DNA of 62,092 bases, the filler included, from Sphacelaria rigidula (taxonomy: Eukaryota), in NCBI GenBank assembly GCA_964200075.2. It is 11 parts of 11 records of this genome, joined end to end, with 100 filler letters (N's around TTAATTAATTAA, not from the genome) between each part and the next. Parts side by side here need not be neighbours in the genome. Positions count along the whole stretch, not along the records: positions 33,926 to 39,479 come from CAXNAA020026378.1; positions 39,580 to 45,133 come from CAXNAA020026379.1; positions 45,234 to 50,786 come from CAXNAA020026380.1; positions 50,887 to 56,439 come from CAXNAA020026381.1; 7 more parts are not named here. One strand, written 5' to 3'. The notes under the pieces were generated by a model. That model was not told where the DNA came from, made no database searches, and saw only the letters and a list, made by a program, of their open reading frames with translations. A program made the position numbers and the translations under genes. This document shows positions 38,752 through 51,173 of this stretch, piece after piece (the stretch's first letter is position 1; every line of letters begins with the position of its first letter).

Positions 38752-40284
38752 CTGGTCACGCAGAAGATACGCACTGCTTCAGTTTTTTTCAACTCGACAT
38801 AGATGAGGTGTTGATCATCGCGTCCGTACGATCTTCTAACCACAGCAGGGTTCGTACGGGATGAGTCAATATTCGACCATCCAATCACAGCAATCACGCA
38901 GACAACATGACGCGCTATCTCGGAAAGGGCCCCGTGTGTTATGCTTCTCGTTCGCGGTCAGACGTCACGTGGTGACTGGAAAGTGTCCCGTTGTGAATGC
39001 TACATTACCTCAAGGGAGGCAACTTGTTGCTGATGTTCCTGTTGTTGTCTTCACATTGAAAACCGTTCCGATATCCGCGCAGTACCATGTACTCGGCATG
39101 TGATGCGGACGCCTTCCGTGGTCACAGGCTAACTACCCCAAGCTATTATAATAATAGGGTAAAAGAAAGTCATAAAATAAAAAGCCGATCCGGAAACAAG
39201 TCACACAGACGCGATAAGGCCGCAATAAGGCAACTGATTTTTTTATTGATTGATTGTCGCACTTCAACTGACCCCTCAGGGGTCCAGCCGTGGTCTCATG
39301 ATAGATGTAGCCAACAAAAACCAAACTGAAAACACGCTCCTAAGGAAAAAAAAAGGGGAGGGGGGGGGGGGGGAAAAGAAAAAAAAAAAAAAAAAAAAAG
39401 GGGAGGAAAAAAAGGAAAAAGAAAAAAAAAGAGGGAAAAAAAAAAAAAAAAAACAAAAAAAAAAAAAAAAAAAAAAAGANNNNNNNNNNNNNNNNNNNNN
39501 NNNNNNNNNNNNNNNNNNNNNNNTTAATTAATTAANNNNNNNNNNNNNNNNNNNNNNNNNNNNNNNNNNNNNNNNNNNNCTCTTACTCGCAGTGCTTTAA
39601 GACTACGTAATCGGATGCTTGAGACACATACAATAGCTCAAACAAAGCGCCGTACTCTTGTGCACACGCAGAAAAAGACAGAACGGAAAACGGTTAATAT
39701 TTCGCGGAGATATGAACGATTAAAAACCTTGTATCTTAATTGGCTCTGTATCTTAATTGGTACATTTCCCTCTATCGATTTCGTTTCTCGGGGGATAACG
39801 TCGTCAAACGGACACCAAACGCATCCTGCTCCAAGGGGCACCTGGACACACAGCAGCTGCCGCTGCCTACCTAGTATGATCGTCCAAGTCCAAGTCCTGA
39901 GTGAGAACCCCCAGCGTCTAGCGCTCATGTACAAGGAAGGGTGATCTTCATCTATCTAGTATCATGCTTCAAAACGTACCTGACAAGGGGGCAACACCCC
40001 CGTACAGACAGTAGCCATGCTAGCGGGTCGTACGTCCTGAGATTCTGTGACAGTCAGGCAGCCGGCGAGGTGGTTATGGTAGTGTCTTTCTAGCGATGTC
40101 AACTTACAGAGCACTGTAGCAGAGTTTGCAGGTGAAAATTTCGGCGATTTCCTCCTCCATGGTACCCATACCTCCTTGCGCGTGATTGCCGCCCTCCTTG
40201 AAGTCGCTGGTCTGTTCGCGTTCTATTTTACCGTTTCTATATCACTTGTTTCCCACCCTAGCATACTCGACTAAAACGGCGCGT

Positions 40285-40605
40285 AATTTCTCGTGATCAT
40301 GAAGTTGTGAACCGTCCACACGTCGGACAGCTCATGAGCTACCTGGATATTACTTCTTCCTAGAGTACTGGTCCTGATCATGAGCTAGCTCATTTGGCCA
40401 CTACTTCCGCATTAGCTCCCGGCAGCGAGGGACGCCAAGCACGCCGTCTAGCGGGAAGGTAACGCTCTGGCTTCTCGGACACCGCTGTCACGTGTTTTGT
40501 GTTTTTGTGCAAAGGATCTGAGAGTTCTCTTCGATTAGCTGTTTCAGATAGCTCATGATCCGTCCGATGTGTGGAACCGTCACTTCACCATCACTATCAC
40601 GAAAT
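40285..40605. repeat. Degenerate inverted repeat (old foldback element)
   Basis: tccacacgtcggacagctcatgagcta (~40315) versus tagctcatgatccgtccgatgtgtgga (~40549). Confidence 0.6.
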
Positions 40606-41498
40606 GATCATCATTTTACTTTAGTCGTTAAAACACGGCCTTAGACAGGGGTGAGATTGTCGCGTTTTGTGGAAACCGGCGAGGGATGGAGGCGCGTGCT
40701 TGCGATCATAGCCCATTCTTTTGAAGAAAATACTCATCGCCACGGCCATCGATTGGGATGCGACTTTTTGCATCTTCTGCGCCAAGACGACAGCTACAAT
40801 TGTACCGGATGAGTCGTTTTTTATTTCATCAGGATGCGAGTTTTATAACGAGTTAAGCGAAAAACACACATATTTATATATATTGCGGTTTTCTCGATCA
40901 CCCTAACTTCTTGGGTAAAACCATTCGGTCCGATTGTAGCTTGGACAAATACCCGCTGGTGAGTAGCCGAGCCAGGCCGTTGTCCGCACTCCGGAACGAG
41001 AAAACGTTGAGACCGTTAAATGGAAATCCTACTCAAATCCAAAGTATGTAAGGGGATTTTTCGGCGTGCAGTCAGGGGATGAACGAGATCTCCGGTCCGT
41101 TCGTGCTTTTGGTCGTTGACATTTTTTAGGCTCATTTTGGTGGGTCAGGCGCGCCCATAACAGTAGTATCGGCTCCATACCCGTAGGGTTACCTCTGCAT
41201 TGAATTAAACAAACGCATTGAATTAAATTACACGCGCGGAGAGCGTTATGCTCGAGCAGCACGCGCACTTGCGTTTCCCGTGTTGTCGACATCGTGCCAG
41301 CGAGCTTGTGCCTAAAGCGCTGTACTCCCCTGTGACAGCCCGTCACGGTAGTTCTCCTCATGTTTCATCACGCTTTATTCGAAAACACGCCGTAGAGATG
41401 CCAGCGAGTTCATCGTTATTGCACTTGGATTCTGGTGAACCAGTTGTTTTTCGATAGAAACCCCGCATGCTGCGTGTTGTACCAAATACTGTAGTATA

Positions 41499-41706
41499 CT
41501 GTAATGCGTGAGAGGACCGCGTGCTTAGAGAACCGCATCTGAATTTGAACATCCGCTAGGGTTAGGGTTAGGGTTAGTGTTGGGGTTTGGGTCAGGGGCG
41601 TGGTACCTGCAGGGGCTGACCCGATTGGTTTTGAAAACCGTCGATCCTGAGGTATTTTGAACTACGGCACGGTCCTCTAAGCACGCGGTCCTCTCACGCA
41701 TTACAA
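41499..41706. mobile_element. TA-flanked MITE with ~37-bp TIRs containing an internal TTAGGG tract
   Basis: TA|CTGTAATGCGTGAGAGGACCGCGTGCTTAGAG...CTCTAAGCACGCGGTCCTCTCACGCATTACAA|TA, with tagggttagggttagggttag at 41557-41577. Confidence 0.85.
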
Positions 41707-42402
41707 TACCGTACCAGTTCAACAAAAGATACTGTATGCGTTATGTATAGGCGATCGACATGCTCTGGTTATCATGGACTGTGCACAAGGCGCGGGGAGC
41801 GTAGTTCTGGTCAGGGAATGCTAGGACGCAACCATACTGCAGTATACAGGCAGTATGAAACACGTGATTCGAACAAGGCACAAGACGAAATATTTACATT
41901 ATGCTAAATACCTGGGCGTTTTGGTACTGAAACGAGTCCACCAGTCCCCCCACTGCCTACCGTACGAAGATAGCAAGGGACGAATCAATGGTTCGTCTGG
42001 AAATTATTCGATTTTTGGTGTAATTGATTCGTACCGCATGAATCAATTCTTAGACTTTTTTTTCAGCGTTGCAACCCAGCTATGCGTAGCCCAGGCACGT
42101 GGAATGGCGCAAAAGTTGCGTGGAGACCTGTTTGACCAGCGGTCGACTTTTTTCTCTCTTTCAAGCAATAAGGCCTAAGAAATCGTGGAGTTGGTGATTC
42201 AAATCGGCGATGATTCGTCCGAACCATGGAAAATAGATACTACTTGTGAATTACACAATACGTTACGCGCAGATCTTTTCACTTGAGAGTAGAAGGGCCC
42301 AGCCGAGACCACTCCGGTTTCGCCGTCGAAACCCGAGACGGCAACGTCACGAACACCGAACTGTGAGTTGAAATTGGAAGCGCCCTGGACACCGGGCAAT
42401 CT

Positions 42403-44732
42403 ATTACTCAGAATCCTCTGCTGATGCGAAGCTCCGATCACCCCACCATATATCTAGTGCGGAAACATCTGCAATCGTATCTATTTGGTGCGGACGTGCC
42501 GCCGCCGTCTATCCAAGACAGCACTGGTGTACAGAAAGGAGCATCGGAAGGCAAACATTGTCTTCGTTGCGTACGTAATCTCTGAAGCTGCACGTCTTTC
42601 AAGTGTTTCGCGTGAAGAAATCGGCACAGGTACGACAAGCCGTCCCTCATGCGCATTTGAAGGCTCGGTGCGTTTTTTTCGTGGTCCTTTTTGCTCTCGC
42701 CGCAGGTGCTATCAGTGTCTTTTTGGGCAACTTTACCACTCACGGTACTACGACTTTCGGCAGCAACAGTGCAACAGCTGGAGGTGAGGCACACTGCAGC
42801 CCTAGGCACCTCTAGTAGCGAGCAAGGTGATGGTCATGGAAGTCGAAGCGACAGCGCTGCCGAATCGAGAAAGTGGTTAACAGGAAGTTTTAGAAATTGC
42901 ATGAGGGAAGGTATGGAGAAATAACTCATTCGAGCACCCGAACGGCACGACACCACGCGCTGAATGGCGACGTACTCGATGTTGCACCACCAGATCGAAT
43001 CACGCTTGGAAGCACCTCGACGACGAGTCGAAGGTTCAATTTATAGCTGTATCCCCTAGATCGATGGATCTTCGTGTGGTGTTTTGATTTTGACAGGAGG
43101 TTTCGGGATTTTGTCGATCCCGGACTATTTCTGTTTCATGTTAATTAGGTTGGGTATCAGTATCTTGTAAGCTCTGGATGACATTACTCGTTTGGAAGAG
43201 GTTTTATGCCTTTACAGGCAGCACTCGTCCGCAATGTATCAGGTGCGGTTGGTGCTGACAACCTGTAACTTGATGATACACGGTTGCATTGGTGAACCTC
43301 GTTCGTGTAAACAGGGCAATGGCCAGGATCCGCCATAATGCGGGGATCTACAATGCACTGCATGGTGGTGGCGTAGTGTGTGCTGTGTGTTGACGTTTTT
43401 ACGTTCCTATCGCGTTGGGCATGTTGGTGACAAAAGCTAACGCGCACACCCAACACTATGTGTGGTGGACTTCGAGCTCACCCTTCATCGGTGACCGTAG
43501 CCGCACGCCCTCCTGCATGATCAGAAGTTGCCAATCCACTCCAGGTCCCTCACTTATTGAACAAGCTCACCCTGCGTTCTGTAAGTAATTGTCAACACTC
43601 CATGTAGCCCCGTGACCGATGCCCTTATTTTGGTTCAAATGAACAATGAAGAGGATGGATAGCAGAGGGGTATTAGAGCGAGGGAGAGCAACACGTTCTC
43701 TCTGACCGCACGTTTATGAACAAGTTCCAAGAAACAATATTGAAAAATGAAGAAGAAATTTAACACAAAAACAGTGCTTTCTCGGACTTTAAGGCATAAC
43801 AGATTATGTTGATATCAACGACCTGTCCCCCAGACCCTCCTTGGACTGTTTATTTGGGGATTCCAGCCTTCTATTCTCCCAAAGGATATGTGGGAAAGCA
43901 AACCTTCACCTAACTTTTGAGGAAGAGGGGAGGGACGGTTCATGGACGAAACATCGTGCGTTTGCACATAACCCTTCGTTGGCGTAACGAAGGACGGAAA
44001 TCCCCGAAAATTGTTCGAAGGACACGGGGGGGGATGGGGTCGTCCATATAAAAGTCATTCGTCATGACTTGAGATCGGGGGGAGCACTGTTTCTGGTTGA
44101 TCATCTTCATGTTCAATCTCCATTACTCAGAATCCTCTGCTCCATGCGAAGCTCCGATCACCCTACCATATATTCAGTGCGGAAATATTTGCAACCGGAT
44201 TTATTTGGTGCGGATATGCCGCTGCCGTCTATCTCCAAGACAGCACCGGTGTACAGAATGGAGCATCGAATGATGAACGTTGTCTTCGTGGCGCGCATAA
44301 CCTCCAAGGCGACACATGTTCCAAGTGTTTGCGTGACGAAACCGGTGCAGGTGTGACAACACGTCCCTCACGCGCTTTTGAAGGCTCGGTGCGCCCTTCT
44401 TGCTCTCGCCGCAGGTGCTATCAATGTCTTCTTGGGCGTCGTTACTACTAATGGTACCACGACTTTTGTCAGCAACAGTGCAGAAGAAAGTGGAGGTGAG
44501 ATACAAGGCAGCCCCAGGCACCTCGAGTAGGGAGCAAGGGGGTAGTCATGGAGGGCAAAGCGGCAGTGCTGCCGAGCCGCTAGTGTGGAAGTAGTTGACT
44601 GGAACGTTAGGAATATGAAAGGATGATTGGAGAAACACCTCAGTCAAGCACTCGAACGTCACGATACCACGCGTGGAAGGGCGACGTACTCGTTTTCGCA
44701 CCGCCAGATCGAGCCACCCTTGACATCACCTC
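42403..44732. repeat. Diverged ~615-bp direct duplication (42403-43020 and 44122-44732)
   Basis: Both copies start attactcagaatcctctgct..gcgaagctccgatcacc and align through ..gcgacgtactcg..ccagatcga..cacctcg. Confidence 0.9.
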
Positions 44733-45493
44733 GTGGGTAATGCGTGGGAGGCCGCATGTTTACGAAACTGCATCGGAACTTCAACACCCCCATTGTTAGG
44801 GTTGAGGTTAAGGTTAGTGTTGGGATAAGGGTCAGGGGCGTGATTCCTGCAAGGACTGGTCTGATGGCATCACACTCATTTCATTCTCGAATAGTCTAAG
44901 AGTCGATATATCGCTGTAAGCACCTAGGTCGATAGAGCTTTGTGCATGTGGTGTTTTGATTTTGACAGGAGGAGTACCCAGTGGTCTGCGCGGGGAAGAT
45001 TTCGGACACGGGGACCCCCCCCCCCCAACCCGCTGGTTAAACACCCATGAGGCAGTCTATAAGACGTGGGTGTCTCTGGAAGTGCCGATACCACAGAATA
45101 AATCAACTCATTGTTGGCTGTCATCCAAATGCANNNNNNNNNNNNNNNNNNNNNNNNNNNNNNNNNNNNNNNNNNNNTTAATTAATTAANNNNNNNNNNN
45201 NNNNNNNNNNNNNNNNNNNNNNNNNNNNNNNNNCCCTGCCCCACCGCGCGGGGCGCAACACTCTCGCGGCCGCCCCCGCCCCCCCCCCCCCCCACTCCCC
45301 TCCTGCCCTTTCCCCCCTGCCCCCCTCATGGGCGTCTCCGTCATTTCGTTCGTTCGACAAACCAAACTATAGCACCACGAGCACTTCCAGCGAGGAGATA
45401 CGATCTGCACCCCGTAAAAAACGCCACGAATGACGCAGAGGAAATACATGCACATGCATACATATATACACACATATATTGTGACACTTTTAA

Positions 45494-46212
45494 CCCTTGG
45501 GCTACTTCTCATGTATCGAAAAGTAAAAGTTGTTGAAAAGTGTTTTTGCGGTCCTTCTCCGTCGTTTTTGTCCCCAAAAGAGGGCAAGGCGGATATAGAT
45601 ACCTTGGAATGAGTTGCTCTACTCGCTGAGACCGTTCCAGAGCACCTGTGCGTGTTCTGTAGGTCACAGTTTCGTTCTTGGCCATAATTGCATTTCCAAT
45701 AACAAACGGTCAAGTTATCGAAAAACAGGGGAGAAACTGCCATTTTTTCAATAACTTGACCGTTTGTTATTGAAAATGTAATTATGGCCAAGAACGAAAC
45801 TGTGACCTACAGAACACGCACAGGTGCTCTGGCACCGTCTCAGCGAGTGGAGCAACTCATTCCAAGCTGGCCACATCCGCCTAGTCCTCTTTTGGGGACA
45901 AAAACGACGGAGAAGGGCCAAAAAAGCACTTTTCAACAACTTTTACTTTTCGATACATAAGAAGTAGCCTTATGGAACCGTTGATGGAAAAGTGACGGTT
46001 TACAAATTCCCATAATATGCGAGCTTTCGTCACCGGGAAAACGTCACTTGGAGTTCGGTGCACGGATCTGTCACATTAGTATAGTTGAAACTTGGAGTGT
46101 TGCCACCGTTTTGGTCGGTTGCAATATAAACAGTTGTAGAAAAACGACCGTATCTTGCCCGAGAAAACGTCAATGGTAAACCGTCACTTTTCCATCAACG
46201 GTTCCAGAAGGG
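45494..46212. mobile_element. piggyBac-type MITE
   Basis: TTAA|CCCTT[insert]..TGGAACCGTTGATGGAAAAGTGACGGTTTAC ... GTAAACCGTCACTTTTCCATCAACGGTTCCAGAAGGG|(T)TTAA. Confidence 0.75.
45500..45969. mobile_element. Palindromic PIF/Harbinger-like MITE inserted in the left TIR of the piggyBac MITE
   Basis: Inverted arms of about 225 bp, GGCTACTTC...GAAGTAGCC, with 3-bp flanks ttg/tta. Confidence 0.8.
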
Positions 46213-46787
46213 TTTAACCCTCCCCATTCCTCGGGGCGAGTCCGCGGTCTCAGAGGGTTCAAACCAAGAGCGTCAACCCATCTCCGCCCCATTACACGCC
46301 GAATGCGATGCGCGATCGGCCCTTCTTTCTACATTAGTCTCCCATCCCCCCCAAAGTGGTTAATTTGGGGCGACAAATCTACACGTGAAATGAAACGAAA
46401 AAAGTCGAGCATAACGAGCAGCAGCTGGGAATTTACCACGCTTGGGTTCGTCCTCGCCAATGTCGCCCATGTAAGGCGCTTCATGTAGCCTGAAGTTTAT
46501 CATGAGGCGCTATGTGACCACTTTCTTCGTGGCAGTTTTTGACTGTTTTTTTCGGGGGGGAAGGGGGGAGGGCATTGTAAAAACCCTTGATCAACGGTCA
46601 AACGACAGAGGTGAGCAAAAAATGAGCTTGCCTCTCCCCGTACATGTCTTGCTTTTTTATTGTAGTCTAGGCACTACAAGTGAGACCCATTTTCCCCGAG
46701 ACGTTGTTTTTTCCTCCTCTTCATTTCAAGATTCCGCGAGCTTGCGATTTGTAGATAATCTGGAATCCTATTCCTTTTTAGTTGCAG

Positions 46788-47202
46788 GATAAGGAAAGTC
46801 TATTGGATGATGACCCTCGGGGTGAGCAGGATGGGGTGCATATCTTTATATTTTGAAAAGCATTACTCCTCAAGGCAAGCGGGTCAGGTCGGGTCTCGTC
46901 TATTTTGTATCTGTAATGGAAAGATTTTCCCTCGGGATATAGGGAGCCGGACCCAACGCGGGGGAACTTGTTCCCTCCCTCCTTATTTTATGTTGTTTTT
47001 TTCTGCACGCGCGTCTCGCGTTCGTTGCCATTTCTGTCAAATAATTCATCGACAGGAATACCTGGAGGGTATTGCGAAGGCAGCCCACATCGACTACCCC
47101 CCTCGGAAAAAAACATCTGCCACCAACAACAAGAACAACAACAACAAGAACATCAACGGCAACGACACCGTCAAAGCCACCGGCGCAGCTGCCGCTAGTT
47201 GA
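46788..47202 (+). CDS. Candidate internal micro-exon (46788-46821) and short terminal exon (47056-47202) of an unidentified gene
   Basis: ttttagttgcag|G ATA AGG..CTC GGG|gtgagc gives IRKVYWMMTLG, and cgacag|GAA gives EYLEGIAKAAHIDYPPRKK...AAAS*. The phases are compatible. Confidence 0.45.
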
Positions 47203-47552
47203 TACCCCCCTCGAGAATAAGAGAAGGAGAAGAGGGGATAATTCCCCCTGCTTCCCCTCTCCCCTATATTAAAATAAACGAGTCTACACGCCGTCCGTCA
47301 TGTACAAAGCAAGACTATACACTTGGGATTCGTCGTACGTGTGATAGCACGCGGTTTTTGTACGGCTAAATACGTGGTGGTGATCGGTTACTTTTTTACT
47401 TCAATTTTTCATATTTGTTTGTAAGTAACTTTATCTTCCATATATCTTTTCATGTCTAGTAAGTTACTTCTCTCCACTTTTATTGTTTTTTGTTTATTAT
47501 CATTTGTTGTTTGTTGTTTGTTGTTTGTTTATCGTTTTTGTTGTCGTTGTCG

Positions 47553-47586
<34 letters not shown>

Positions 47587-47769
47587 GGTTAATGTTGTTT
47601 TTGCTGTTTCTTTATTTTTTCTTGTTTCGATACAGTGGGACCGAAAGCGTATATTTTTACACATGCAGTCTTGTGTGTATGTGTTGTGTTGCCGTCGCTG
47701 GCCCTTTTTTTCTTCTTTCTTTTTTCTGTACCACAACCACCCTCCTCCGCACACACCAATTTTGTATAG

Positions 47770-50520
47770 GAGGTTGTCGCCAACATGTGCAAGGAGTGCG
47801 GCGTGAAGTACGAGCCGATCACCTCCGCGACGACCCTCAAAGAAAACATCTTCAGGAACGCCACCGGCGCTGCTGGCTGCGGCAACTTCGGCACGGCGTC
47901 CGAATACGGATGGGACTCGGAGACGAAGATGGAGGAGAAGCAATCGTCCCCAGAGGTCAAGTACAATGAGGACGATACGTATTACCGTAGCGTGATGAGC
48001 TTCGGCCAGCCCTACGCTCCCACCGCCGCACCTACAGCCTTACCGCCCCACTCACCAGCCGCCAGTGGCCAACGGTGGACACCAAACGGAGTAGCAGCGG
48101 CATCACCGGCCAGAAAAACGCCGAGAACGTCGACATCCAGCAGGTCAACCTCGGAACTGGAATACTCGGACTCGGATTCGAAAGAAGACGAAGAAGAAAA
48201 GAAGGAGGAGACCTACCCCACCCGTTCCACAACCCATCAAGGCGGCATAATGGAGGCCAACAGCAGGCCCTCCACGCGGTCGTCGTCGCCGCCACAGCCG
48301 CCGCCATACGATAGTAGCCGCAATCTATCCTCTACTCCTTCTCCGCAAAAGAAGCGAGGGGCGCCGCAACCGTCCCCGCCCGCCATCAACCTATCCATAC
48401 CTCCGCCGACGTACCCTCCTTCCTCGCCACAACCACAACACGGCGTGCTGCCCTCACCTGTCAACCTCCCCACCCCGCCGCCCGCGTACCCACCGGCATC
48501 GCATCGGGGGGTGCCGCTTTCAGCATCCGCGGGGTCGCGATCGGCCGGGTCATCGTACCGCGCAGCCGCTACCCGCGTAGCGGAGAACCGCCGGCGGCAG
48601 CACGCACCCCCGCCAATCTCCATGAACACCCCCCCCCCGTTCACGAGGAACCCAGAGTCTCCACTTGTCGCTGATGGCGAACGGCAAGGTGGTGGGGATG
48701 GGATGCCGCGATCCCTGCCGCCCAACCACGTACAAGGGCCGTCGCCTGGAGATGGTCCTGGCGAGAGCAAGAGACGAATTGAGTACAGCGCGAATACCCC
48801 CATCATGAACGTACGTATGGCTTCGCCGAGTTTGGCGGCGGCTACGGACGTGACAAGCCTTCCCCAGGCTTCCGGCGGACAACCGTCGGGTGCCGGTTCT
48901 ATCGACCGCGTCGACTCCTGTTCGTCTACATCCTCCGCTTCCCGAGCGTCCCAACAGCAACACCAACGGGGCGATGATGCTGGTAGTGGTGGTGGTGATG
49001 GCGGTACTTTCCCTTCCCCCGCAAAACGACCTCCCCCGTCTTCCGTCACCTCCACCAACAGCAACGCCGACACTGACAATCCCACCATATCCCGCACTTC
49101 TGCCCTAGGCCATCCGGCGAGTGAAGGCAGTGATGTCGGCGCCCGCCATCACGATGTTGCTCCCGACTCTGCTCATGCTCTGCTGCCCTCGGACAGGAGT
49201 AGTAGCATTAGAAGCAAGAGCACCGGTGGCGTCATCGGCGGCCATAACCACGTCGCTCCCCATGACTCTATTTCTTCTTTACCGGCCTCGGGGATGACTG
49301 GCGACAAGAGCAGCGGTAGTTCCAAAAGAAGCGAAAGCGCCCGCCGGTTTTCCTTCCGTAGGAATAGGAGCACTGACGGTAGCGGCAGCGGCGGGCGCGT
49401 GGCGAACTTCCTTCATAGCCTGAGGGAGAGGTCGGCATCATCAACATCGATAGAGGACAACTATTCTGTGCGGCGAACGTCGATGCCCGCGGCCCCCGCG
49501 CTTAATAACCTTGGGGAGGAGTCGGAAGCATCAACATCGATAGAAGACAGATATTCTGTGCGGCGCACGTCGATGCCCACAGCCCCCGCCGGGGGCACCT
49601 TGGGTGCCGCGCGTAGCGGCGGCGTCGCAAAAAGCACTCGCAGTTTCGGCCGAAGCAGGAGCTTCATCAGTTTTGGCTCGGCGCGATCGAAATCTTCAGG
49701 CGACTTTCTTTCGGAACAGCAGCAGCAGCAGCAGCAGCAGCAGGAGGAGGAGCAGCCAACGACTATGTTGGGTCCATCGCCGTCCGTAACGATGACTCCG
49801 GCGCGTTTCAGAGGCCACCGCGGACCACAGCAGCAGGGTCAGGCGGAGGAGGAGCACCGGTCACTGCGTTTGCCGCCGTCCGTGACGATGACTCCTGCAC
49901 GTTACAGAGGCAAGCGCGACGGCAGCGGCGGTGCAGCAAGCAGGAGCGCGTCTATCGGTACGGCGTCTCGATCCGCCTTCTTCGCGGGTTATGGGGACGG
50001 CGGTTGCGATACCTCCGCCGCATCAACGTCGTCGTTGTCTTCGTCATCGACTACCCCGAGCACACCGATCAGGGCGAGGCTGAAGAGCTACAGGCGCAGT
50101 CTGAGCCTCAAGCGCAGCAGTAGTGCAGGCGGCGAAGGCGCCGGGAGAAGCGGACGAGATCCTTACACCATCGACGAAACGAAACCTTCGACGGCGGGCG
50201 TTTTGCTTCCGTCCCTCGCAGAATATTCGCAGAATGATGGAGCCGGCGGCGGCGGTGGTACGGATGGCCATTCGTTTAACGGCGGTAGTATGCATATTCC
50301 TGTCGCCAAAGCGGTGGGTAGCGGCGTGTTTAGCAGAAACAGCAAGATATTGACGCGAACCAGGAGTTATGGCGGAGAAACCAGCCACAGCTTGGCTGCT
50401 GCGGCGGCCCCCACCAATGATGGTCTGCAACGGAGCGCAAGCGTCGGCCCTTCATTCAACATCACGGGCAGGAATCATCTCGCTGCGCCTGGACATCTCG
50501 TCGTCTACGTCACGCTTTGA
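47770..50520 (+). CDS. Long terminal exon encoding ~916 aa of Ser/Pro/Gly-rich, probably disordered protein
   Basis: Acceptor ttttgtatag|GAG GTT, 2.75-kb GC-rich open frame, internal duplications (STSIEDxYSVRRTSMP x2, PSVTMTPARxRG x2) and a CAG polyQ tract near 49718-49743. Confidence 0.8.
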   Translation, partial: EVVANMCKECGVKYEPITSATTLKENIFRNATGAAGCGNFGTASEYGWDSETKMEEKQSSPEVKYNEDDTYYRSVMSFGQPYAPTAAPTALPPHSPAASGQRWTPNGVAAASPARKTPRTSTSSRSTSELEYSDSDSKEDEEEKKEETYPTRSTTHQGGIMEANSRPSTRSSSPPQPPPYDSSRNLSSTPSPQKKRGAPQPSPPAINLSIPPPTYPPSSPQPQHGVLPSPVNLPTPPPAYPPASHRGVPLSASAGSRSAGSSYRAAATRVAENRRRQHAPPPISMNTPPPFTRNPESPLVADGERQGGGDGMPRSLPPNHVQGPSPGDGPGESKRRIEYSANTPIMNVRMASPSLAAATDVTSLPQASGGQPSGAGSIDRVDSCSSTSSASRASQQQHQRGDDAGSGGGDGGTFPSPAKRPPPSSVTSTNSNADTDNPTISRTSALGHPASEGSDVGARHHDVAPDSAHALLPSDRSSSIRSKSTGGVIGGHNHVAPHDSISSLPASGMTGDKSSGSSKRSESARRFSFRRNRSTDGSGSGGRVANFLHSLRERSASSTSIEDNYSVRRTSMPAAPALNNLGEESEASTSIEDRYSVRRTSMPTAPAGGTLGAARSGGVAKSTRSFGRSRSFISFGSARSKSSGDFLSEQQQQQQQQQEEEQPTTMLGPSPSVTMTPARFRGHRGPQQQGQAEEEHRSLRLPPSVTMTPARYRGKRDGSGGAASRSASIGTASRSAFFAGYGDGGCDTSAASTSSLSSSSTTPSTPIRARLKSYRRSLSLKRSSSAGGEGAGRSGRDPYTIDETKPSTAGVLLPSLAEYSQNDGAGGGGGTDGHSFNGGSMHIPVAKAVGSGVFSRNSKILTRTRSYGGETSHSLAAAAAPTNDGLQRSASVGPSFNITGRNHLAAPGHLVVYVTL

Positions 50521-51173
50521 TGATCGATGGCTTTGACTAGTTTTGTTTTTTGACTGGAGGAAGGAAATAATTCTACCACGTGTGCGTTTTCGTGTATCGA
50601 GAGAGAGGTGTAGAACTGTTTTGCTGAAAAAATGAATATATTTATTGTCGGCTGTTCCTGGCGGGAAAAATCCCCAATTTTTTTTTTGACGGGAGAAGAA
50701 GTGTTCGAGCCCCCCCCCCCCCCCCCTCGCCCCCCCCCCGCTGCCCACTCCCCACGCTTCCCTGCGACACAAACACGAAATCGATGNNNNNNNNNNNNNN
50801 NNNNNNNNNNNNNNNNNNNNNNNNNNNNNNTTAATTAATTAANNNNNNNNNNNNNNNNNNNNNNNNNNNNNNNNNNNNNNNNNNNNCGCGGATTGGGACA
50901 GCATTGCCGTACCGCGTCAACTCACGTCACACAAACCCAGTCGACTACTTTGTTTACTCACCTTCTCACGCTTTCCACGGTGGAAAACGTACATAAGGAA
51001 GAAAAACCCAAAGAATCGGGAATCGAACCTCCGTTTTCTCCACCCTAATAGCGACAGTCGGACCACTACACTACCGGGGCGTGGCGGCACACACACAGAA
51101 GGGACAAATTCCCACAAGTATCTTGTCCAAGTAATCACCTTTTTTACGTATGTGTGCTTCGACGTTTTTGCAG

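Noticed and set aside
39340..39479. Poly-Lys ORF and other poly-G/C/A runs near contig ends (e.g. 27740-27880)
   Set aside because: Low-quality homopolymer sequence adjacent to gaps.
48032..50430. Antisense and alternate-frame ORFs within the long exon
   Set aside because: They are shadow ORFs of a GC-rich coding sequence.
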